A stretch of 64,000 nucleotides of DNA from an uncultured Gemmatimonadota bacterium (GTDB lineage Bacteria > JAAXHH01), in assembly GCA_951812955.1 (NCBI GenBank), contig OX638340.1:576001-640000 (forward strand). The letters are read 5' to 3'. Shown piece after piece: positions 9,397 to 20,000 of the stretch; the stretch's first letter is position 1; the number at the start of each line of letters is the position of its first letter. Under the pieces are notes generated by a model. That model was not told the DNA's origin and did no database searches. It was given only the letters and a program-made list of their open reading frames with translations. The translations under genes and the position numbers were made by a program.

Positions 9397-10938
9397 TTGC
9401 TATCGCGAGTCTCAAGTGGCGCCGTGCAGGGCATCGACGCTATTCACGTAGCCGTGGAAACCCATATCACCAACGGCCTCCCTCATTTTTCCACCGTTGG
9501 GCTTCCGGACAGCGCCGTACGGGAGAGCAAGGATCGCGTGATGGCCGCAATCAAGCAGTCCGGTTTTAACTATCCGTACCGCCGGATCACCATCAACCTT
9601 GCGCCCGCGGACGTGCGGAAGGCGGGTACCTCCTTCGATCTCCCCATCGCCGTCGGCATTCTCGCCGCGTCGGCGCAGTTGCCGGCCCAGTCCCTTGAAG
9701 ATACGGTTCTGCTGGGCGAACTGTCATTGGACGGCGCCCTCCGGCCGGTCAGAGGCGCGCTATCCGTCGCGCTTGCGGCGCGGCGTCTGGGCGCGCGCAG
9801 GGTGATTGTTCCGCGCGAGAATGCCGATGAGGCCGCAATGGCCCGCGACATCGACGTTTACGGCGTACCGACTCTGGAATCCGCGGCCCGCTTCCTCCAG
9901 GGACGAACCGGTTTTGTCCGGTCCCGCCGCGATGCCTGTCAACTCCTCTCGTCCAACGGGGAGTATCCCTTCGATTTCGCCGAAGTAAAAGGACAGGATC
10001 ACGCGAAACGCGCCATAGAAGTAGCTGCCGCGGGATCACACAATCTGCTGCTCATCGGCCCACCGGGTTCGGGCAAAACGATGCTTGCCCGCTGCTTGCC
10101 GTCCATACTTCCCGATTTCACCCTGTCGGAGGCGTTGGAGACTACCCGGATTCATAGTGTGGCGGGCAAGATACCTGCGTTCTCTTCCCTGGTGACCTCA
10201 CGGCCCTTCCGTGCGCCTCACCACACCATTACCGAGGCGGGACTGATCGGCGGCGGGAGGAATCCTAAGCCCGGAGAGGTGTCCCTGGCTCACAACGGCG
10301 TGCTTTTTCTGGATGAACTGCCCGAATTCCGAAAGCACGTGCTGGAAATGCTCCGGCAACCCCTCGAAGACGGAAAAGTCAATCTTTCACGCGCTTCGAG
10401 GTCGCTGGCCTATCCAGCTCGATTTACCCTGGTCGCCGCCATGAATCCCTGTCCATGCGGATACTTCGGCGATCCGGCCCACGAATGCATCTGCCCGCCC
10501 AACCGGATTCATCAATACATGTCCCGGATTTCCGGACCGCTGCTCGACCGGATCGATTTGCACGTCGAGGTACCCCCGGTACCGTACGGGCTCCTCAGCG
10601 GCCGTTCCGGCGGCGAACCGTCCGATCGAATCAGAGATCGGGTCAACCGCTCCAGGGAACGCCAGTTGCCGCGTTTTTCCAACCATCCCGGCTCCTTTGG
10701 CAACGCGCACATGACGCCCCGCGATCTTCACCGCTATTGCAGTATGGACGGAAGCGCCCACGACCTGTTGCGGAGCGCCATCGCCCGTCTGGGTCTCTCC
10801 GCCAGGGCCTACGATCGTATTCTGAAAGTCGCCAGAACCATCGGCGACCTGGCCGGTGCGGAAGAGATCAACGCGGAACACGTGGGCGAAGCTATACAGT
10901 ACCGGTCACTCGACCGCGGCAAATGGATGGACTTCTGA
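9397..10938 (+). CDS. comM: YifB/ComM-family Mg-chelatase-like AAA+ ATPase
   Basis: N-terminal Lon-like domain ('GIDAIHVAVETHITNGLPHFSTVGLPD'). Walker A 'LLLIGPPGSGKTMLA' and 'LFLDELPEF'. TTG start with an AAGGGA RBS. Confidence 0.85.
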   Translation: MLSRVSSGAVQGIDAIHVAVETHITNGLPHFSTVGLPDSAVRESKDRVMAAIKQSGFNYPYRRITINLAPADVRKAGTSFDLPIAVGILAASAQLPAQSLEDTVLLGELSLDGALRPVRGALSVALAARRLGARRVIVPRENADEAAMARDIDVYGVPTLESAARFLQGRTGFVRSRRDACQLLSSNGEYPFDFAEVKGQDHAKRAIEVAAAGSHNLLLIGPPGSGKTMLARCLPSILPDFTLSEALETTRIHSVAGKIPAFSSLVTSRPFRAPHHTITEAGLIGGGRNPKPGEVSLAHNGVLFLDELPEFRKHVLEMLRQPLEDGKVNLSRASRSLAYPARFTLVAAMNPCPCGYFGDPAHECICPPNRIHQYMSRISGPLLDRIDLHVEVPPVPYGLLSGRSGGEPSDRIRDRVNRSRERQLPRFSNHPGSFGNAHMTPRDLHRYCSMDGSAHDLLRSAIARLGLSARAYDRILKVARTIGDLAGAEEINAEHVGEAIQYRSLDRGKWMDF

Positions 10939-11056
10939 GCGGGGTACGCGTTCCATAAACAGCTTTGAATCCACCTTGACCCGTGCTATAGTTAACAGGA
11001 TGGAAGAGGGGGGCGCACCGAGCAGACCAATCACCGCAGGCGCGGAGTCCGAATCC

Positions 11057-12187
11057 ATGTCCAGAACTGGAACGAAGTTTATCGGTCTTTCCGTCGTGTT
11101 CCTGCTGATTGCGGGATGTGGATTTCCCGGGCAGGCGGATCCGGCCGTCTCATTTTCCCCGGAACGCTACGCGGCCCTGGTGGACAGCCTTTCCGAGCAG
11201 GGCGGCTTTTTCGACAGCGACAACCTCGTATCGAACGAGGCCGGTTATCTGCACGTTAAGCATGCGCTTAAGCGGATCGGCGTCGAAGGCGGGGTCTACA
11301 TCGGCGTGGGTCCTGATCAAAATTTCACCTACATTGCGCAGATCCGGCCCCGGTACGCTTTCATACTCGATATTCGCCGGGACAACCTCATCGAGCACCT
11401 GCTGTACAAGGCCATCTTCGCCCTGGCGGAATCGCGTACCGAATTTCTTTCCATCCTCTTCAGCAAACCCGTTTCGAACGCCCGATTCACCGGCGGTACG
11501 CCCACAATTGAAGAACTGGTTACGTATTTCGATCGTACCGAAGGGGACGCAGGTCTGTTCCGCCGCAATCAGGAACGCGTTCTGGCGCGCTTAGGTGCTT
11601 TCAAGGTCCTGTCGAGTGAAGCGGAGATGCAGCGGGTGTCCGAACTGTACCGCGCTTTTTTCGAGCGGCATCTGAACCTGAGGTGGGAGTACCGGTCGGA
11701 CGGAGACCGGGGTATCTCCTTTATTTCCTACAAATCGTTCCTGCTGGGCCAGGACCTCGATGGCGTCCACGGGAATTTCCTGGCATCGGACGAAGACTAC
11801 CAGTTCATCCGGGATATGCAGGAGCGAAACGCCATCATACCCGTAACGGGAGACTTTGCAGGCAGCCATGCCCTCAGGGCCATCGGGGATTTCGTTCGGG
11901 AAAGGGGAGATAGAGTATCTGCGTTCTATCTTTCGAATGTCGAGTACTACCTATATCCCGACGGACGTCTTGACGAATTCGCGGATAACGTCCGGTATCT
12001 GCCGACGGACGGCGGGAGCGTACTGATTCGCGCCTTCGTGAATCTGAGACAGCAGGCCCATCCGTTGCGGGTGGAACGGCACCTGATGACCACCGTACTC
12101 CAGTACACGCGATCCTTCAGCCAACTGTACGCCGACGGGGCCTACTCTTCCTACCTGGACCTGGGCGTGAAAAACTACATGCAGTAG
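11057..12187 (+). CDS. hypothetical lipoprotein
   Basis: Start 'MSRTGTKFIGLSVVFLLIAGCG' gives a signal peptide with an L-I-A-G-C lipobox. No family recognised for the rest. The upstream in-frame extension of the ORF is considered untranslated. Confidence 0.5.
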   Translation: MSRTGTKFIGLSVVFLLIAGCGFPGQADPAVSFSPERYAALVDSLSEQGGFFDSDNLVSNEAGYLHVKHALKRIGVEGGVYIGVGPDQNFTYIAQIRPRYAFILDIRRDNLIEHLLYKAIFALAESRTEFLSILFSKPVSNARFTGGTPTIEELVTYFDRTEGDAGLFRRNQERVLARLGAFKVLSSEAEMQRVSELYRAFFERHLNLRWEYRSDGDRGISFISYKSFLLGQDLDGVHGNFLASDEDYQFIRDMQERNAIIPVTGDFAGSHALRAIGDFVRERGDRVSAFYLSNVEYYLYPDGRLDEFADNVRYLPTDGGSVLIRAFVNLRQQAHPLRVERHLMTTVLQYTRSFSQLYADGAYSSYLDLGVKNYMQ

Positions 12188-12189
12188 GT

Positions 12190-13482
12190 TCAGAGCGTCC
12201 GCTCCACCGCTTCCACCGCTTCCCCGAGCACCGTGGCTATTCGTACAATCTCATCCTCGGTGACGGTGTAGGGCGGACTGATCGCGACGTGATCGCCGTT
12301 CACTCCATCCAGGGGACCAGGTGCGCCCGGCATGATCAACACGCCCCGTTCAAAGGCTTCCCGCACCACCCGGCCCGTCACGCCGAGCGACGGATCGAAG
12401 GTTGTGCCCCGCTCAGCGTCCGCCGCGAACTCGACTCCGCAGAGCAGGCCCTTACCACGCACTGTCCGCACCATGGACAGTCCGGTCAGCGCCTGCAGCT
12501 GGTCAAGCAGCGCTTCTCCCATTTCCGCGCACCGTGCAACGAGGTCATGGTTTTCGACATACTCCTGCACCGCCAGCGCGGTGGCGCAGGACAGGGGATT
12601 GCCGCCGTAAGTATGGCCATGCGCGAAGGCCGGCGCGGTTTCGTAGATGGTATCGTAAATCTCGTCCCTTGCGAGGGTCGCGGCGATCGGCGTGTATCCG
12701 CTGCTGAGTCCCTTCCCGGTGGCCATCAGGTCCGGGACGACCCCCCAGTGATCGATCCCGAAATTTACCCCGGTCCTTCCGTACCCGGTGACGACTTCAT
12801 CGACGATCAGGAGAATCCCGTAGTGATCGCAGATGTCCCTGACTGTGCGGAAGTAGTCGTCCGGCGGCGCCAGTCCGGCGGAGGAAGTCCCCAGGATGGG
12901 TTCGACGATAAAGGCGGATATGTATTCCGCGCCGACCTGAAGGATCTCGCGCTCCAGTTCGTCGGTGCTGTGTTGCGATATGTGGGGGAAATCCAGCAGG
13001 TACGGCGTGTAGTCCTTCCTCCAGGCCGATCGGCCCGACATGGACAGGGCGCCGATCGTGTTTCCGTGCCAGCTCTGCCAGCAGGAAATGACCTTGTATT
13101 TAGACGGGTTGCCGGATTCCACGTGGTATTTCCGCGCGATCTTCATCGCCGCTTCCGTGGCCTCCGACCCGCCGGATACGAAAAACACCCGGCTCATCCC
13201 TTCCGGCGCCAGATCGGTGATCTTCCGCGCCAGGTCGATCTGCGGCTGGCTGATGAACTGTCCATAGGCAAAGGTGATCTTCCGGGCCTGTTCGGACATG
13301 GCCTCGGCGATTTCCTCTACGCCGTGGCCGATGCTGACGACGTGCACCCCCGCGCAGGCATCCAGGTAGGCCATGCCTTCCGTATCATAAAGGTAGCACC
13401 CCCTTCCGTGTGATATCCGCGGCCAACGGTCCCTGCGCGCACGGTGGAAGATGCGCTCTCCCGGTTCGCCTCGATGTACCAT
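12190..13482 (-). CDS. class-III (omega-type) PLP-dependent aminotransferase
   Basis: 'YLDACAGVHVVSIGHG', 'FVSGGSEATEAAMKIARKYH', 'LIVDEVVTGYGRTG' and 'ATGKGLSSGYTP' (PLP-Lys). Start 'MVHRGEPGE' has a GGAG RBS and lies downstream of the stop of the preceding ADC-like gene. Confidence 0.8.
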   Translation of the reverse strand: MVHRGEPGERIFHRARRDRWPRISHGRGCYLYDTEGMAYLDACAGVHVVSIGHGVEEIAEAMSEQARKITFAYGQFISQPQIDLARKITDLAPEGMSRVFFVSGGSEATEAAMKIARKYHVESGNPSKYKVISCWQSWHGNTIGALSMSGRSAWRKDYTPYLLDFPHISQHSTDELEREILQVGAEYISAFIVEPILGTSSAGLAPPDDYFRTVRDICDHYGILLIVDEVVTGYGRTGVNFGIDHWGVVPDLMATGKGLSSGYTPIAATLARDEIYDTIYETAPAFAHGHTYGGNPLSCATALAVQEYVENHDLVARCAEMGEALLDQLQALTGLSMVRTVRGKGLLCGVEFAADAERGTTFDPSLGVTGRVVREAFERGVLIMPGAPGPLDGVNGDHVAISPPYTVTEDEIVRIATVLGEAVEAVERTL

Positions 13483-13529
13483 GTATACTCCAGGATTCGA
13501 TTGCCCACTTCGGAAGTGGTACATCCCAT

Positions 13530-14417
13530 CTACTTCAAAATGCGCTGGTCGCTCAGGTCCTTGCCCCCGACGGTTTCCACGATATTCGCGCCCCGGAAGG
13601 CGACCTGCTCCAGTTCCGAAAAAGCGTTTACTATATGATACTGCGTAGGAAGGTCCTGCCATTCCGCCCGGTGGAACCGCACGCTTCCCCGGCCTGTCTG
13701 CTGCGCCGTCACCCGGCGGTTCGGAGTATGGGAAGGGGTTAAAACGGCATAGGCAGCGTCGGCCCTGCCCCATTCCCCGGTACGTGGTATGTACTTGTAG
13801 TGAAGCGTTCCCGTCAAAGGCTCCTGGCCAGTCTCGGCCGCGACGTCTTCGTCTACGCCGTCCGGCGCAACTTCCACCGCCGCTTCACCTTCTGTCTCCG
13901 ATGCGGGGACTCCTGTCATCTCCGCCAGGCACATGTCCATGAAGACGAAACCGAGCCAGTCAGCCGTGCAGCGTGTGTGCCCGTTCAGGACAACCGGTGG
14001 CTGGATCGCGCAGTAGATCTTCGAGAACCCCAGTTGTTCCCTGCCGGTGAGAATGGGATCGGCAAGGTTTTCCCACAACACCGCAAGGAAGGATCCCCGG
14101 GCACGGTCCCGTTCCCCCGTGTATTCCGCAGGGAAACTCACTCCGAGGGTGTTGTATCCCCTGCCGGCCAGCCATTCGATTTCGGTGATGTAGGAAACCG
14201 TCACGGTAATCACGGGCTCTCCGGCCAGACTGAATCCCTGGGGAAGCAGCGCGTCCAGCTGATCCGCCCTGGTCAGGAAGCTCACGGAATACGAAGTGGT
14301 CCTCGGCGAATCCTTGCAGTCGAATCCGCGCCCGTCGGGTCCCTGCCGGGGTCCCGCCCCAGGCCCGAAATGAGTCGGCATCATATACATACGTCCGGGC
14401 TGAAGCTTATAGGGCAT
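13530..14417 (-). CDS. acetoacetate decarboxylase (ADC/MppR-like) family protein
   Basis: 295-aa ORF of matching size with a 'MPYKLQPGRMYMMP...' N-terminus resembling the ADC fold family. Assignment by resemblance only. Lies immediately upstream of, and co-oriented with, the aminotransferase. Confidence 0.5.
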   Translation of the reverse strand: MPYKLQPGRMYMMPTHFGPGAGPRQGPDGRGFDCKDSPRTTSYSVSFLTRADQLDALLPQGFSLAGEPVITVTVSYITEIEWLAGRGYNTLGVSFPAEYTGERDRARGSFLAVLWENLADPILTGREQLGFSKIYCAIQPPVVLNGHTRCTADWLGFVFMDMCLAEMTGVPASETEGEAAVEVAPDGVDEDVAAETGQEPLTGTLHYKYIPRTGEWGRADAAYAVLTPSHTPNRRVTAQQTGRGSVRFHRAEWQDLPTQYHIVNAFSELEQVAFRGANIVETVGGKDLSDQRILK

Positions 14418-14442
14418 GGCGCACGCTCACACGAAAATCCGG

Positions 14443-14480
14443 CGGACCGCCTGGGTCGCACTCTGTCGGACCGCCTGGGT
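14443..14480. promoter_or_regulatory. 14-bp direct repeat CGGACCGCCTGGGT x2 (24 bp apart)
   Basis: In the divergent region between the ADC-like gene (start 14417) and the AKR gene (start 14619). Confidence 0.4.
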
Positions 14481-14618
14481 TTCCATCGGGTTCCGTTTCG
14501 TACCGAATTGCGCTAAAACAGTCCGAACATCCAGTTTTGTCTGGCATTGCATTGGTCCGACTATATACAATTCCTACAGTTCATGTCAAGTTCAGGGTAT
14601 ACCTCCGGCGGGACAATC

Positions 14619-15605
14619 ATGCGGCACAGAATCCTCGGCAGGACAGGTATTCGGGTAAGTGAAATCGGAATGGGCGGGCTGTTCGTTTCAAAGCACGGTT
14701 CGGAACGAGCCGGCGGGATTCGGGCGGTTCGGCGAGGACTGGAACTCGGCATTAACTACGTTGATACGGCCCCGTCATACATGGACTCCGAGGAAGTGAT
14801 GGGTCAGGCCCTGGACGGGGTTGCGCAGAATTACATCCTTTCTACCAAGCTGGGAGGGCGCCCAGATCCCTTCGATCCCCGGGACCGGAAACAGTTGCGG
14901 CAGTCGGTGGAAACCAGCCTGGAGCTGTTGAAGCGAGATAAAATCGATATTCTTATGATCCATGAACCGGATCGTCCCGGCCAGTACGACTGGTTTAACG
15001 ACTGGGAACGGTTTCATGGCCCGGTCTGCGATCTACTGACGGAATTGAAATCCGAAGGCGTAATCCGTTACACCGGCCTGGGAGGCACCACGGCGTATAC
15101 GCTGCCCGATATCATGGCGACCGGCGCGTACGATGTCGTGCTCACGGCTTTCAATTATAGTCTGCTCTGGCAGGAAGCGCTTCACGTGGTACTCCCTGAA
15201 GCGGTGAAACAGAACATGGGGATCGTCGTGGGATCCCCCCTGCAGCAAGGCGCGCTCTCCGCCTGTTTCACCGAGGAGGTGGAGCACGGAGCGCCGTGGC
15301 TGTCCCCACCACGGCGCGAGCAGTTCAGACAGCTTTACGACCTGGTGGCGGAACTGGATATGCCCCTTCCGGAACTGGCGATCCGCTGGGTGATCTCCAA
15401 TCCCATCGTCTCCACGGTCCTGTCGGGTTCGCGGTCGGTCGAGGAGGTAGAACAGAACGTTGGATACGTGGATTCGGGGCCCCTGCCGGACGCAGTCATG
15501 GAACGGGTGCAGGAGATCGCCGACCTGGTGCCTTTTCGGCCCTTCGAGGAGCCCTTTGGCCTGCCCTTCACGCGCGCTTACCGGGGGCCCGGAATGGCGC
15601 GTTAG
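14619..15605 (+). CDS. aldo/keto reductase
   Basis: 'MRHRILGRTGIRVSEIGMGG...INYVDTAPSY' is the canonical AKR N-terminus. 'IHEPD' and 'LGGTTAY' motifs. Confidence 0.8.
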   Translation: MRHRILGRTGIRVSEIGMGGLFVSKHGSERAGGIRAVRRGLELGINYVDTAPSYMDSEEVMGQALDGVAQNYILSTKLGGRPDPFDPRDRKQLRQSVETSLELLKRDKIDILMIHEPDRPGQYDWFNDWERFHGPVCDLLTELKSEGVIRYTGLGGTTAYTLPDIMATGAYDVVLTAFNYSLLWQEALHVVLPEAVKQNMGIVVGSPLQQGALSACFTEEVEHGAPWLSPPRREQFRQLYDLVAELDMPLPELAIRWVISNPIVSTVLSGSRSVEEVEQNVGYVDSGPLPDAVMERVQEIADLVPFRPFEEPFGLPFTRAYRGPGMAR

Positions 15606-15622
15606 ACCGAATCAGGAACAAT

Positions 15623-16975
15623 TTACCGATTATCGGGGCGAACATCCGTCATGCCCAGCACGTTCCTGAGCTTTGCGGCGGCCGTGGCGAGATCATATTC
15701 CGCCGTTACGTGATCGGTCTCGGCCTGTTTCAGGATGAGCTGGGCATCGATGAGTTCGAGCTGCGTGCTGACTCCGCCTTCGAACTGAACCTGGGCGATG
15801 GTCAGGCCTCGGCTGGCCAGTTCAACGGCCTCCGCGCCTGCCAAAACGCGTTCCGATGCTTCCACCAGGTTGAGCAGGGCCTCGGTGACGTCGACTTCGA
15901 TCTGCTTCCGAAGCTGGCGCTCGAAGTATCGTGACAGCTCATAGTCCGCCTGGGCCTGCATGATCCGGCCCGAATTCTCCCTACCGTCAAAGACCGGAAA
16001 CGACACGTTGATCAGCGTGTTCCAGCTCCGGGAGAAATCGTTGAATCCGAGTGACTTGAAACCCGGGTCGTTCACCTGGGCCTGCATGAGGTAGCCGGCG
16101 GAAAGCGATACGTCGGGACGGTTTTCGCCCCTGGCGAGCCGGATGGACGCATCGTTCATCGCCGCCTGCAGTTGGGCGGCTTTAAGGTCCGAACGGTTCG
16201 ACAGCGCCACGGCCACGGCCGATTCGATGTCGCCCGGCAAACCGGACACATCCACATCGAGACTGCCGGTACATCGAATCGGTACCTGCCGCGGCAACCC
16301 AATCAGGCGCTTGAGGTCCGCTTTTGCAATGGCGAGTCGGTTTTTGGCCTGGGTGACCGGCGGGTGGGCGTTGGTCACCTCCACCTTCGACCTGAGCACG
16401 TCGTATTCGGACACCGTTCCGGCCTCATAGAACCGCTGTATGCCTTCGTACTGGGCTACGGCGCGGTCATAGGCCGCCGTGGCGACCTCTACGATGGCTT
16501 CGGCCAGCAGGACGTCGTAGAACCCGTTACGTACCTGGTGCAAGGTGTTTTCGCGCATCTGGTCCGTGTTGGATTCGGAGATCTGTTGATAGAAACGCGC
16601 CATCTTCAGGCCGGCGCCAACCTGTCCCCCCCGGTAGATGGTCTGGGAAAGATCGAGCCCGAAGTTGATCACGTTGTCGGTGCCCACCTTGAAAGTCTGG
16701 CCGCCGAAATTGAACTCCGGCAGAGACCAGTTACGCGTGACCGTACTGCTGAAATCCAACTTGGGCAGCGCTTCGGAGTAGGCTTCCCGCACGCGCGCAC
16801 GCGCCCGGTCTTCTTCAAGCCTGGTGCTCAACAGGGATTCGTTATTCTTCAGCGCGAGTTCGAACGCCCGGTCGAGCGTAAGCACGATCTCATCGCCCTG
16901 CTGGGCGGAAGACGGGAATGCGATGCTTGTCGCGCATGCGACGGACACCAGTGTTTTCAGCATGGCGCGAATCAT
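15623..16975 (-). CDS. TolC-family outer-membrane efflux factor
   Basis: Signal peptide 'MIRAMLKTLVSVACATSIAFPSSAQQ' with a GGAGGA RBS. Two repeated alpha-helical/beta-barrel halves. Last gene of the MFP-RND operon. Confidence 0.8.
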   Translation of the reverse strand: MIRAMLKTLVSVACATSIAFPSSAQQGDEIVLTLDRAFELALKNNESLLSTRLEEDRARARVREAYSEALPKLDFSSTVTRNWSLPEFNFGGQTFKVGTDNVINFGLDLSQTIYRGGQVGAGLKMARFYQQISESNTDQMRENTLHQVRNGFYDVLLAEAIVEVATAAYDRAVAQYEGIQRFYEAGTVSEYDVLRSKVEVTNAHPPVTQAKNRLAIAKADLKRLIGLPRQVPIRCTGSLDVDVSGLPGDIESAVAVALSNRSDLKAAQLQAAMNDASIRLARGENRPDVSLSAGYLMQAQVNDPGFKSLGFNDFSRSWNTLINVSFPVFDGRENSGRIMQAQADYELSRYFERQLRKQIEVDVTEALLNLVEASERVLAGAEAVELASRGLTIAQVQFEGGVSTQLELIDAQLILKQAETDHVTAEYDLATAAAKLRNVLGMTDVRPDNR

Positions 16976-17007
16976 GTTATCCTCCGGATTCACTCTCTGG
17001 CTTCCGG

Positions 17008-20000
17008 TTACACCGCAGCCACGGGTTGTTCCACGGCGGTCCCGGTATCCGGGCCGCGCTCTTCCTCTGCCTCTCCGCCACCTCCACCACCCCGTTCCGC
17101 CCATCCCGATATGAAGTCATACATCACGGGAACCACGATCAGCGTCAGTACCGTGGCAATGGCCAGGCCGAAGATCACGGCCACCCCCATGGGCCCCCAC
17201 CACTGCGAGCTTTCTCCGCCGATTTCCAGGGTCAAAGTCCAGAAATTGAAACTCAACCCCGTGGTCAGGGGTATGAGCCCGAGAATCGTGGTAATTGCAG
17301 TCAACAAGACGGGGCGCAGACGGGTAACGCCTCCCTGGACGATCGCTTCCCGTTTGCGGAGTCCCCGGTTGCGCAGCTTTCGGATATAGTCGATCAGCAC
17401 GATAGCGTTGTTCACTACCACGCCCGCCAGGCTGATCACTCCGATGCCGGTCATGATGATTCCGAAAGGGGTCGCGGTAACAATCAATCCGAATAGGACG
17501 CCGATCAGCGAGAGCACCACGGACATCATGATGATGAGGGGCATGGTGACGGAATTGAACTGTGTGACGAGCACGAGCGTAATCAGGATCAGGGCGATGA
17601 GAAAGGCCTTGGATAAAAAGTCGGTGGCTTCGTCCTGCTCCACGTTTTCCCCGGTGTACCGCAGGCTGTATCCTTCTGGTAGCGACAGATCCGCGAGGGT
17701 AGTTTGCACGTCCTCGAGCACGTCGTTCGCCAGCCGGCCTTCCACGTCGCCCGCGATGGTCAGCACGCGTTCCTGGTCCTTCCGCTTGATGGATCCTACC
17801 CCGCCGGTCACGCGGGTCTGCGCCAGGGAACTGAGCGAGACCAGTTCGTCATCATGGATGATGTGGATTCTCTCCAGATCGGCGAATGTGGATCGCTCGG
17901 GTTCCGCGAACCGTACTATGATATCGTATTCTTCCTCCCCCACTCTGTATTTGGAGGCTTCCGTGCCATTGATGGCCGTACGCACCGCGCGGGCGATCTT
18001 GGCCGTGTTCAATTCAAGTAGCGCGGCCTGTTCTCTATCGATTTCCACCGTGAGTTCGGGCTTGCCCGAATCGTAATCGTCCTTGAGATCCACCAGGCCG
18101 GGTATATTCTCGATCATCAGCATGGCCTCGTCGGCAAGCCGGCCGAGCACGGAGAAATCCTCCCCGACGAATTCGATGTTTACGGGCGCCGCGGTGGGCG
18201 GTCCGGCCTGAGGCGTAATGATCTCCACGTCGGCGCCGATGAGACGTTCCATCCTTTGCCTGATCATTTCCACGGTCAGGAAAGAGGATTGCGTGCGGTC
18301 TTGCCGTTCGAAGAAGTCCACGATGATCCTGGACTTGTGCGGCGTACCGCCGCCTGCTGCGCTGAAGTCCTGTGGATTCGGCGATGCGCCTACGCTGGCG
18401 ACGTATTGTTTCATGTCCGGTACGTCCCGGATGTAATCCTCCGCCTGGCGTACGATATCATTTGATACGTCCAGCTTGGTGCCGATCGCAGAATTCACGT
18501 CGATATACGCCTGGTTGGGTTCGGTCTCGGGAAAGAACTCCACGCCCTTGCCGATCGCGGCGTAGAGTACGATCATTCCGAAGAGCGAGGCGCAGGTGAC
18601 CAGCATGACCACGGCCCTGTGCGCAAGCGCCCACATGAGAAACCGGCTGTAGCGGCGCCGCAGAACCATCAGCCAGCGTTGGTCCTCGCGTTTGCGGGTC
18701 ACACTGAGCAAAACCGAACAGACGGTAGGATTGATAATGAGACCGACGAACAGGGAAGCAGAGAGCGTGATGATCAGCGTGGCGGGCAGGTAGCTCATGA
18801 AATCACCGATTATGCCGGGCCAGAATAGCATGGGGGCGAAGGCGCACAACGTGGTCAGCGTGGAAGTGCACACCGGCACTGCCACCTCTCCCACGCCCTC
18901 TCGCGCGGCACGAACCAGGGGAGTTCCTTCCTCGCGGTGGCGATAAATGTTCTCGACTATGACGATGGCGTTATCCACGAGCATGCCCAGCGCCAGGATG
19001 AGGCTGAACAACACGACCATGTTCAGGGTGTAGCCGAGGATATCGAGTACGATGAAGGAGATCAGCATGGACAGCGGAATCGCAATAGCCACGAATAGTG
19101 CGTTGCGCACGCCCATGAACATGAACAGTACGCAGACCACCAGGATCAGCCCCGAGATGATGTTGTTCTCGAGGTCGCTGATCATGGACCTGATGTCCTT
19201 AGACTGGTCGGCCAGGACGGCCAGGTTGATGGTCTTCGGCAACCGTTCCCGTTCTTCGTCCAGCAATTCCTTCACGGCGTCGGCAATCTGTATCAGGTTC
19301 TCTCCGCTGCGTTTCTGCACATTCAGCGATACACACGGCAGTCCGTCCAGCCGCGCGTAGGTGGATACTTCCTTGAACCCGAACCGCACCTCCGCCACGT
19401 CCCCGATGGCGATAGGCTGACGATTGAAGGTCTTGATGACAAGCGCTCCGATCTCTTCCGGTGTCGTAAATTCGCCCGGCACCCTGACCGCGTATCTCAG
19501 CGTTCCGGTCTTGATCGAACCGCCGGGCATGTTGAGATTTTCCTGCCGGATCGTTTCGATGATATCCTCGAGTTCCAGCCCGTAATACACCATCCGATCC
19601 GGATCCACGTTGACCTGGACTTCCCTTTCCAACCCGCCCGCGACCGTAACGTCCAGTACGCCCGCGATCTGTTCGATCCGCTGTTCCAGGTCTTCCGCGA
19701 TATCCTTCAGCGTCACGAGGCTGTGCGTGCCGGCGACGTTGATCACCAGAATGGGGATATCGTCGAAGTTGATCTCCCGGATGGTTGATTCTTCCGCGTC
19801 GTCCGGGATCTCGGATCGCGCGAGGTCGACCTCTTCCCGCACCTTCTGGAGCGCGTTGTTGATGTCCACGTCGGTCTCGAATTCGATCACGACCGTCGAG
19901 ATGCCTTCACTGGAGGTCGAGGAGATCTCCTTCACGTTGGCAAGTTCTTCGAGGTGTTTCTCGAGCGGCTGGGTAACCAGGTTCTCTATGTCCGCTGGAG

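Noticed and set aside
12289-13413. 374-aa plus-strand ORF inside the class-III aminotransferase gene
   Set aside because: Shadow ORF opposite a gene with unambiguous PLP-aminotransferase motifs.
16172-17389. 405-aa plus-strand ORF antisense to the TolC and RND genes
   Set aside because: Overlaps well-supported genes on the opposite strand. Product rich in Arg, Pro and Gly with no motifs. Typical high-GC shadow ORF.
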